Part shown: positions 8,942 through 15,320 of the stretch, in pieces
Numbering within the stretch: position 1 is the stretch's first letter
Layout of the letters: each line of letters starts with the position of its first letter
IMG/VR virus record: IMGVR_UViG_3300022696_000100
Strand: one strand, 5' to 3'
DNA length: 43,747 nt
DNA from: a virus
Position numbers and translations under genes: made by a program
Notes under the pieces: generated by a model
The model's database searches: none
Told to the model about the DNA's origin: nothing
What the model saw: the letters and a program-made list of their open reading frames with translations, nothing else

Positions 8942-9371
8942 GGCGTACGTGGCAGGCCCTTTCTTTAACAAGACTCAAGTGGAGATTGTTGAAAGGGTTA
9001 AGAAGGAGTTGGACAAACTAGGGATAGAGTATTACTCTCCTAAGGATGAATGTCTGTATACTCCAGAAAATGATATTACCCCAGCAGAGGTATTCATGGG
9101 GAATATCAAGGCAATCATGCAAAGCGACTTTATAATCGCTATCACCGATGGGAAGGACACCGGGACTATGTTTGAAGCCGGATTTGGATGGGGTATGAGA
9201 ATTCCTATCCTGTACATTTGGGTCAATCATAACCACCAACCCTTCAACATCATGCTGGCGGAATCTGCAAGTTATGTCGCCTACGGGTATAAGGAAATGT
9301 CAGACGCCCTTAAGGAATTCAAGGCATCCTGCGCGTTTCCTAAGTATCGCCTGAAAGGAGCTGTGGAATGA
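8925..9371 (+). CDS. Nucleoside 2-deoxyribosyltransferase-like (NDT / dNMP N-glycosidase superfamily) protein
   Basis: AYVAGPFFN near the N-terminus and DTGTMFEAGFG (catalytic Glu context). 148 aa. Strong SD. Confidence 0.7.
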   Translation: MGYKSKAYVAGPFFNKTQVEIVERVKKELDKLGIEYYSPKDECLYTPENDITPAEVFMGNIKAIMQSDFIIAITDGKDTGTMFEAGFGWGMRIPILYIWVNHNHQPFNIMLAESASYVAYGYKEMSDALKEFKASCAFPKYRLKGAVE

Positions 9372-9880
9372 TCAGAGAAACGGTTAAACAGTACTACGAG
9401 AAAATTGTGCCGTTAAACTACATAGTGCGCTATAGCAATGTGCCTCGCATTAAGGATGAAACTGTTGCTGAGCACTCTTTTCTCGTAGCCGCCATTGTCG
9501 TCAAGCTGTATGAAAGGTATGAATTCGATATTGGTTGGGCATTGACTATGGCCGTTTGCCATGATCTTCCTGAATACGCAGTCAATGATGTTACTCATGC
9601 TATTAAGCGCGATCATCCCGCAGTAGCGGCAGCCCTACATGACGCTGAACGGGAAGTGATTAAAACATTACCAGAGGTTGCGCAACGTGCGTATACCGAA
9701 TTTGAAGAACAGTCTACACGTGAAGCCTTTATAGTTCACCTGGCAGACGTTATTCAATGTTCCCAGTATGCAGAAAACGAAGTACAACTGGGGAATAAGG
9801 AGCGTATGGAAAAAATTGCAATAACATCTCGGCAGCGAGCAACTTACTTCAGGCATCATTTAGAGAGGTGGCTAAGATGA
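9368..9880 (+). CDS. HD-domain phosphohydrolase, YfbR-like 5'-deoxynucleotidase family
   Basis: RYSNVPRIKDETVAEHSF..VCHDLPEYAVNDV (H...HD...D metal-ligand pattern). ATGA overlaps on both sides. Confidence 0.7.
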   Translation: MIRETVKQYYEKIVPLNYIVRYSNVPRIKDETVAEHSFLVAAIVVKLYERYEFDIGWALTMAVCHDLPEYAVNDVTHAIKRDHPAVAAALHDAEREVIKTLPEVAQRAYTEFEEQSTREAFIVHLADVIQCSQYAENEVQLGNKERMEKIAITSRQRATYFRHHLERWLR

Positions 9881-10302
9881 AATTAGTAACCATTACTGGT
9901 ATCGATAAGTCAGGGAAATCAACCCTGATGGACAAATTTAATAAGGCTACCAACTACGCTTATTACGTAACCGATCGCGACCCGTCTACTACTTTTCATT
10001 TCGATCGTGCATTGGATAGAAACAACATACCGCTTGACGACTACGACAAGTTTATGAATCGATTTCGTATGGTTCCGGGGCTTCATGTATGTTTATATTG
10101 CCCAGTACAAATTTTGATACAACGATTCCAAGCCCATAATGAACCTACCTTACCTGGAAACTTAACGTTAGGAGATCACCAGATGTCAATTATTAATCAT
10201 TTTTTATCAGCAAGATTTGAGCATTCGCTATTCCTAGACACATCAGCTATGATTGCATCAGACTGTGTAGAGCAAATGGTGCACGCCGTTAATAGTATTT
10301 AA
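9877..10302 (+). CDS. Short thymidylate-kinase-like dNMP kinase (141 aa)
   Basis: P-loop GIDKSGKST and a following DRDPST (TMK DR motif). I moved the start to ATG 9877 (ATGA overlap with the HD gene, GAGG upstream). Confidence 0.6.
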   Translation: MKLVTITGIDKSGKSTLMDKFNKATNYAYYVTDRDPSTTFHFDRALDRNNIPLDDYDKFMNRFRMVPGLHVCLYCPVQILIQRFQAHNEPTLPGNLTLGDHQMSIINHFLSARFEHSLFLDTSAMIASDCVEQMVHAVNSI

Positions 10303-10360
10303 CCTATAATTTATTTGGAGCTAACAGGAGTTAAATCGTTAGCTCAAGGGGGTAAGTCCA

Positions 10361-11281
10361 ATGCCTATTAATAATAAACTACCCGATTTAAAATTACCGG
10401 TAGCATTGAAAACTGGTGAGAAGCCTCAAACTGTATATGAGGATCAGGTCCACGCCTTAGGGGTTACGCTCATGTACGCCCCTTCTTACAATGATCTGTT
10501 AAGCTTTATTCCGGAATTTGGCACCGCCACATGGCGTGATACGCCCCATGAGGAGATAACAGATGAAGAACGCCGGGCAGTCATACTGGATCTATTCGAT
10601 GGCAAAATTCTACCAACTGCTTATGAATGCATTAACCTTGTTTTCAGATTCGAAGGGATGGATATCATTGACACGACTCATCTATTGCGCCACCGTATGT
10701 TTAGTTTTTCTGCTCAATGCACTGCTGATAGGGACTTACGCCATGATAATGCTGTTGTTAAATCTAGTATCATGGCCAATGCTGACTTTTATGAAAGGTA
10801 TCGACAAATTACTGAAGCGTCTAAACAATTATACGCTGATATGATCGATTCTAATGAGGTTAGCATACTGGATGCCAGAACAATCCTCACCAGGAACTTG
10901 AACACTTTCTACTATGTCCGGGGAAACCTTAAGGACTGTATGGCATATATCCAGCAGCGGTTGGATGAACAGATCCAGCCGACATCGGACAATATCCTGG
11001 CCACGCTCATGTGGATTAGGATATGTGAAAAATATCCTATGCTGGTGGATAGAATAAAAATCGGGGGCATTGATAATTGGTACGTCAAAACCGCTCCCAC
11101 CGGCAGGAGCAGTAATATCTATATGCCCAAAAAGGAAAATGACGTCTTTGAATATAAGAAGCAGTGGTTTCTATATAATAAACGTCGTGAAGATTTTCCA
11201 GGGTATGAAACGTATCAGGCCGGTAAAGATGCTGCTATAGAACATCTGGCCAAGATCAAACAACGGGGGTTTACTATATGA
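10361..11281 (+). CDS. Divergent ThyX-like (flavin-dependent thymidylate synthase fold) protein
   Basis: LLRHRMFSFSAQCTADRD aligns to the ThyX RHRxxSxxxxSxRY signature but with the second Ser replaced by Cys and RY lost. DARTILTRNLNT and IQQRLDEQIQ match later ThyX blocks. Carries an extra C-terminal extension of about 70 aa. Confidence 0.65.
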   Translation: MPINNKLPDLKLPVALKTGEKPQTVYEDQVHALGVTLMYAPSYNDLLSFIPEFGTATWRDTPHEEITDEERRAVILDLFDGKILPTAYECINLVFRFEGMDIIDTTHLLRHRMFSFSAQCTADRDLRHDNAVVKSSIMANADFYERYRQITEASKQLYADMIDSNEVSILDARTILTRNLNTFYYVRGNLKDCMAYIQQRLDEQIQPTSDNILATLMWIRICEKYPMLVDRIKIGGIDNWYVKTAPTGRSSNIYMPKKENDVFEYKKQWFLYNKRREDFPGYETYQAGKDAAIEHLAKIKQRGFTI

Positions 11282-11715
11282 AAGACATTCTAGATGAACA
11301 GAATTCGCTACAAGCTCGGTACTCAACCATGAGGGGGTATCCTCTATTAAACCCCAGCGAATTCGACCACTACTCGGTAGGTGAAGTTTATGATTTCATT
11401 CGCCACATGAAGTTCTGTTTGAACGAGGAACTTACAGAGCTGATGGAAGCTATGGGCAATAATAGCAGAGATATACACAAGCCCTGGTCAAAAGACTATT
11501 TCAAAATCAGGGCTGCACCGTCAATATCTACTCCCCATATGCGGGAGGAAGCTATTGATGCTTTATGCTTCCTAATGAATATTATGCTGGCTGTGGGTAT
11601 TACTCCCAGCAATCTTGAGGTAGAGTATTTCAAGGTACTTGACAAAAATATGAAAAGGATTGAAGCTTATGAAGAGGCCCAAAGAAAGCGCGGTGGAAGA
11701 ACGGTTGGTTCGTAA
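11278..11715 (+). CDS. MazG-like all-alpha nucleoside triphosphate pyrophosphohydrolase
   Basis: LNEELTELMEA and EEAIDALCFLMNIMLAVGI (the EExxE/ExxD helix pattern of the MazG family). ATGA overlap with the ThyX-like gene. Confidence 0.65.
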   Translation: MKDILDEQNSLQARYSTMRGYPLLNPSEFDHYSVGEVYDFIRHMKFCLNEELTELMEAMGNNSRDIHKPWSKDYFKIRAAPSISTPHMREEAIDALCFLMNIMLAVGITPSNLEVEYFKVLDKNMKRIEAYEEAQRKRGGRTVGS

Positions 11716-12046
11716 GATTAAGGCTATTGGCGGCATGGCTTTGAAATGGCCTGCCATCGGGAAGAAAGGTGTTCCTGATAGGATTATAATTCATCCGGCT
11801 ATCGGCACTGTGTTTGTGGAGGTTAAGCGGGAGCCAAACCAGGAAGCCACTATCTTGCAACAGCATGTTCAAGATGAAATCAGACGGGCCGGCGGTATTG
11901 CTTTTGTCGTCGGGGGTTATGAAGAAGTTGATCAGTTTATTGAGTTCGTAGTTGCTTACGGAAAGGATGAAAATGTCGCAGTCAGAAAAGAACAATCAAG
12001 AATTCAAAGGACTGGTCTTCGAATTCGAGATCGGCTTGGCCTTTAG
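11660..12046 (+). CDS. VRR-NUC domain nuclease
   Basis: GVPDRIIIH..VFVEVKR (PD-ExK) followed by QQHVQDEIRRAGGIAFVV, typical of VRR-NUC. Confidence 0.7.
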   Translation: MKLMKRPKESAVEERLVRKIKAIGGMALKWPAIGKKGVPDRIIIHPAIGTVFVEVKREPNQEATILQQHVQDEIRRAGGIAFVVGGYEEVDQFIEFVVAYGKDENVAVRKEQSRIQRTGLRIRDRLGL

Positions 12047-12119
12047 AACCATAAAAATCGTCGCGGGCTGCGTATGCGGCATCGCCTTGGCTATAATCTG
12101 TTATTTCATATTCACTTAA
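11973..12119 (+). CDS. Possible 48-aa tail-anchored membrane peptide (below the ORF-track cutoff)
   Basis: Hand translation gives MSQSEKNNQEFKGLVFEFEIGLAFRTIKIVAGCVCGIALAIICYFIFT. AAGGA lies upstream. Its stop overlaps the SD of the next gene and it fills the 12047-12128 gap. Confidence 0.3.
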   Translation: MSQSEKNNQEFKGLVFEFEIGLAFRTIKIVAGCVCGIALAIICYFIFT

Positions 12120-12128
12120 GGAGGGAAA

Positions 12129-12449
12129 ATGAAGCGAGGAATTTATGAAGAGCATTGGGTTGACGGAAATAAAGCACCTGCTGGCGGTGTTTCCTCGGGA
12201 CGAGGATTCGCTATTAGCTGGCAGAATGGCCCGCTCGGTATCGGTAAGGAGAGGAAAGAGCCAAACGGCGCGTTTGTTGAGGACATACTTGAGGCAGTCA
12301 AGGGGAGAATCGACTTTTACCAAAACAGCCCATTCAAATGCAACTACAACGAAATGGCAATCCTGTGTGTTAAAGAAGCCTTGGGTTATCTCAATAGACG
12401 AACTAGTGATAGAGAAGCCCGAGGCGTTGAAGGCACACACCAGCAGTAA
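12129..12449 (+). CDS. Small protein resembling the N4 gp49 / Sf6 gp66 (Acb2-type) family
   Basis: Pattern WQNGP..NGAFVEDIL..R..FYQ..PFKC..N..A...KEAL.YL..RT..R..RGVEGT. From memory this matches the conserved pattern of that family. Needs an HMM check. Confidence 0.5.
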   Translation: MKRGIYEEHWVDGNKAPAGGVSSGRGFAISWQNGPLGIGKERKEPNGAFVEDILEAVKGRIDFYQNSPFKCNYNEMAILCVKEALGYLNRRTSDREARGVEGTHQQ

Positions 12450-12459
12450 GGAGGGAAAA

Positions 12460-12849
12460 TTGAAAGACAAACCTATTCTATGTCTAGATTTTGACGGAGT
12501 CATCCACAGCTATTCCAGCGGATGGCAAGGTGCGCGCATGATACCGGACCCACCGGTGAAAGGCGCTTTACGTTTTCTCAATGATGCGCAGCGGTTCTTT
12601 AAGGTTGCTATATATTCGTCTCGAAGTGGCCAGGAGGGCGGTCTGGAGGCCATGCAGAAATGGTTAAAGGCTAGTTTGATGGAACGCTATCCGTATTCCT
12701 ATGATGATATTTACGAAGGAATCTTGTGGCCGACAGAGAAACCGCCTGCGTTCCTTACGATTGACGACAGAGCAATGCGGTTTGAAGGCCATTTCCCCAA
12801 CCCGGAATGGCTCACTTATTTCAAACCCTGGAATAAATCTGGGGTATAA
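12460..12849 (+). CDS. HAD-superfamily phosphatase (nucleotidase-like), TTG start
   Basis: ILCLDFDGVIH (DxDG motif I) and TIDDR near the C-terminus. TAAGGAGGG upstream of the TTG. The upstream part of track ORF 12145..12849 overlaps the previous gene and was trimmed. Confidence 0.65.
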   Translation: MKDKPILCLDFDGVIHSYSSGWQGARMIPDPPVKGALRFLNDAQRFFKVAIYSSRSGQEGGLEAMQKWLKASLMERYPYSYDDIYEGILWPTEKPPAFLTIDDRAMRFEGHFPNPEWLTYFKPWNKSGV

Positions 12850-12931
12850 CAAAATCCAGGCTGCTACCTGGTGTTAGATTTGGGAGGCCGCGTATGACTT
12901 TTTGATTATGAGTATTAGGTAACAGAATGGG

Positions 12932-12966
12932 AAAGCCCTACCTTTTGGGTAGGGCTTTTTTATTTT
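12932..12966. terminator. Bidirectional rho-independent terminator between the convergent + and - blocks
   Basis: AAGCCCTACC..GGGTAGGGCTT hairpin, followed by TTTTTTATTTT on the + strand and preceded by A-rich sequence. Confidence 0.75.
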
Positions 12967-13010
12967 AGAAGGAGTTAGCTGCTTATGCTTCGGGAGGGAG
13001 CGACTTCCTT

Positions 13011-13169
13011 TCACACATCAGGTAACAGACTGGGGTCGTTCGCATCGAACTTCTTTTTGGAGTCTAAGAAGATCTTCACGATCTCCTCGTCTGTTTTGTT
13101 TTTGAGTTTCATTTCTGTGAAGAAAGCTGTGAGCCCTAATTTAATAACTTCTGCAATAATCGGATCCAT
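13011..13169 (-). CDS. Small hypothetical protein (52 aa), last gene of the late/lysis block
   Basis: Hand translation gives MDPIIAEVIKLGLTAFFTEMKLKNKTDEEIVKIFLDSKKKFDANDPSLLPDV. AAGGAGGTG lies upstream of the ATG. Confidence 0.45.
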   Translation of the reverse strand: MDPIIAEVIKLGLTAFFTEMKLKNKTDEEIVKIFLDSKKKFDANDPSLLPDV

Positions 13170-13183
13170 TAAGCATCACCTCC

Positions 13184-13540
13184 TTATAAGGCTAAAAGTT
13201 CGTCGGTTAATCTCATAATCACAGCTTCTGTATCAGCCGGAGGAAGCACACCCGATTCGGCGTAGCCCACATATAACTTGATAAGTGGATACACCTTAGT
13301 AAGTATCTCCTTCTTCTTACGGAGAATAACTTTCTGTTCTTCTGTAAGATCGGGCTTGGCCGCCTGGATTTTATAATCATCGGATTGGCCATTATACAGA
13401 TCCATCATCCACACTGCTTTTTCTTGTGGCGTCATCTCCGAGACGGGCTTCATTCCCCCGTGCTGACACCCCAGAAAAAGGATACATAGTGCCAGAATCA
13501 GGGCCATTATTGATGGTAGTTGGACTCTCAATTTTCTCAT
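13184..13540 (-). CDS. Putative lipoprotein (o-spanin candidate or exclusion lipoprotein)
   Basis: MRKLR n-region, hydrophobic core, then FLGC lipobox-like cleavage site. AGGAGG 8 nt upstream. The start lies inside the preceding gene. Confidence 0.6.
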   Translation of the reverse strand: MRKLRVQLPSIMALILALCILFLGCQHGGMKPVSEMTPQEKAVWMMDLYNGQSDDYKIQAAKPDLTEEQKVILRKKKEILTKVYPLIKLYVGYAESGVLPPADTEAVIMRLTDELLAL

Positions 13541-13742
13541 TGTCAGTACCTCCTAAATAAAAATTGATGATTGTAGTAACTAGTGTGCCAAGTAAAAAAC
13601 CAAGAATTATTTTAGCATACTCGTCATTAACTGCATCAGCTTGAGCAAACGTAATTCTCCAAGTATATAAACCAGAGTATACAATTGCTGCAACAGCAAT
13701 ACCCGCACGAACTAGCATTCTAAAAGCCTCTCGTATTTTCAA
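13392..13742 (-). CDS. Two-TMD membrane protein, holin candidate
   Basis: Hydrophobic segments AGIAVAAIVYSGLY and IILGFLLGTLVTTIINFYL. Located in the lysis cassette. The 3' 149 nt overlap the lipoprotein gene in another frame. Confidence 0.5.
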   Translation of the reverse strand: MKIREAFRMLVRAGIAVAAIVYSGLYTWRITFAQADAVNDEYAKIILGFLLGTLVTTIINFYLGGTDNEKIESPTTINNGPDSGTMYPFSGVSARGNEARLGDDATRKSSVDDGSV

Positions 13743-13752
13743 ACTACACCCC

Positions 13753-14130
13753 CTAATCGTTTACTACCACACCGCTAATAGTTACATTTGTTGGAGCTAC
13801 AGGTAAAATCACAGAGAATGTTACTTCATTTGACCAATCACTTTCAAAACCTTCAGAATCGACAGCTGTCACTACCCAGAAATACGTGGCGCCTGTTACA
13901 GCATCGAAAGTGTACTCGGCTTCTTGCGTATCAAATTCTGGCAAATGCGCAAACTCTGCTACATGCTCTCCCTTAGTATAATCTCCACTTACATTACTTT
14001 CATATAGCCGGTAAGTAGCAATATCTGGCTCTGGATTCTTATCCCATTGAAAAGTTATAGTGATGTCAGCAGCTGACGCTACAGTTGCCATAACTATTAC
14101 CAAGAAAAAAGTTAATGCTAGCTTTTTCAT
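13753..14130 (-). CDS. Secreted fibronectin-type-III-like domain protein
   Basis: Signal peptide MKKLALTFFLVIVMATVASA, then the FN3-like pattern W..N.E.D...Y.LY...Y.W.V.AVD..G.ES..S. Confidence 0.55.
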   Translation of the reverse strand: MKKLALTFFLVIVMATVASAADITITFQWDKNPEPDIATYRLYESNVSGDYTKGEHVAEFAHLPEFDTQEAEYTFDAVTGATYFWVVTAVDSEGFESDWSNEVTFSVILPVAPTNVTISGVVVND

Positions 14131-14139
14131 TTATGCCTC

Positions 14140-14493
14140 CTAATTTTCTGACTGTATTTGATGCCTTAGTATTATTTCCTGCTCTATACCAGTAATACGT
14201 TTATCTTGAATCTCAATCCAAGTATCAAGTTTGTCTGTTAAAGCATTTACAGAGCCTCTAACTTCTGTTTGCTCTATATGAATAACATGTAGTATTTCTT
14301 TATTTTTAGTCAGCTGTGTTAACGGTATCACAAATAGGGCAAGAACTACTAACATAACAATCCCTATAGCCCATTTAAACACGGAAAAAGGTACTGGTTT
14401 CATATTGCTTAAGATCTCCAATGACTGTGCTACTGCGCTATGATGCATACAATGCGGAGTTTCTCTCCGTTCTATTCCGTCCCATCCCGACAT
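14140..14493 (-). CDS. Single-pass membrane protein with C-terminal coiled coil (i-spanin or holin/antiholin candidate)
   Basis: TMD WAIGIVMLVVLALFVIPL, followed by a heptad-like helical tail. Adjacent to the endolysin. Confidence 0.45.
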   Translation of the reverse strand: MSGWDGIERRETPHCMHHSAVAQSLEILSNMKPVPFSVFKWAIGIVMLVVLALFVIPLTQLTKNKEILHVIHIEQTEVRGSVNALTDKLDTWIEIQDKRITGIEQEIILRHQIQSEN

Positions 14494-14515
14494 AATTACC
14501 TTCTAGCCGTGTTAA

Positions 14516-14911
14516 TCAGTCTATCACTAATTCAAAATGACCTAAATCGTCAAAGTCATTGTCCTTTACTTGCGTATCCTGGTCCCAATCGCCGCCCCAG
14601 CGCAGGGTATAGCCCTTAAGAAAGGCTATCCCTACTACTATACCCGCTAAGTACGTAAAGCGCTCCCGGTCCTGCCAATCAGTAGGCCAAGGCGCAACGT
14701 CTACCCCTAAAGAGGGATAGACATTGTGCTTGCTATATGGATAGCGTACTTTACTATGATTATCGTCAAATTTAGCGTTTTGCTGGGCTTCATTACGGTA
14801 ACCAGATAAGACCGAAAAGTCTATAAAGCGTATAGCAGCTGTTAAGACTTCCCGGATTTTATAATGGCAGCTTTGCAGCTGCTCTGCTGATTCGTTACCA
14901 AATTTTGGCAT
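14516..14911 (-). CDS. Endolysin, peptidase M15 (VanY / L-alanyl-D-glutamate peptidase-like)
   Basis: SGYRNEAQQ, SKH..GVDVAP and DDLGHFEL give the His/Asp/His zinc-ligand pattern of M15 peptidases. Confidence 0.75.
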   Translation of the reverse strand: MPKFGNESAEQLQSCHYKIREVLTAAIRFIDFSVLSGYRNEAQQNAKFDDNHSKVRYPYSKHNVYPSLGVDVAPWPTDWQDRERFTYLAGIVVGIAFLKGYTLRWGGDWDQDTQVKDNDFDDLGHFELVID

Positions 14912-15303
14912 TATTCTATATCCGTGGTATCAAGAACAGGTTCCAGCGAAAGAAGCTCTGCCAAAGCCAGCTGGGGCCAATCTTTCTTTGCTTTGACCTT
15001 TTTAAAATCGAATTCTACTTCAATGCTATTCAACTCATCAAGTTCCTTGGCTGCTGCCGTAGCTTCCTCAGGCGTATCATATACTAGCTGATTCTTTTCA
15101 TTAGGCTTGGCACCGTGTCTATCACAGATTTCACGAAACGTTTCCTGGTAAACTTTCATCCCTGTTCGAACGGCATCCACTGCTTTCTTTAGCATGAATG
15201 CATCATGCACCGGAAAATGCCGGTCTCCGCTACTGAACAGTTTGTCAATTGCTGGGCCTAAAAGTTTACTTGCCTCACCGTTTGTCATCTTTACTCTTGC
15301 CAT
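14911..15303 (-). CDS. Hypothetical protein (130 aa) downstream of the fibres
   Basis: Start moved to ATG 15303 (GGAGGTGGGGG upstream). No family recognised. Confidence 0.55.
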   Translation of the reverse strand: MARVKMTNGEASKLLGPAIDKLFSSGDRHFPVHDAFMLKKAVDAVRTGMKVYQETFREICDRHGAKPNEKNQLVYDTPEEATAAAKELDELNSIEVEFDFKKVKAKKDWPQLALAELLSLEPVLDTTDIE

Positions 15304-15320
15304 AACCCCCACCTCCAGTG

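Noticed and set aside
8925-11715. A 2-aminoadenine (Z-genome) cluster, suggested by HD + MazG-like + PolA.
   Set aside because: No PurZ/adenylosuccinate-synthetase-like gene is present. The central enzyme has a ThyX fold, which points to pyrimidine rather than purine chemistry.
12145-12459. The N-terminal 105 codons of the 234-aa track ORF 12145..12849.
   Set aside because: This part overlaps the well-supported 12129..12449 gene in another frame and has no SD. The HAD domain starts right after a TAAGGAGGG + TTG at 12460.
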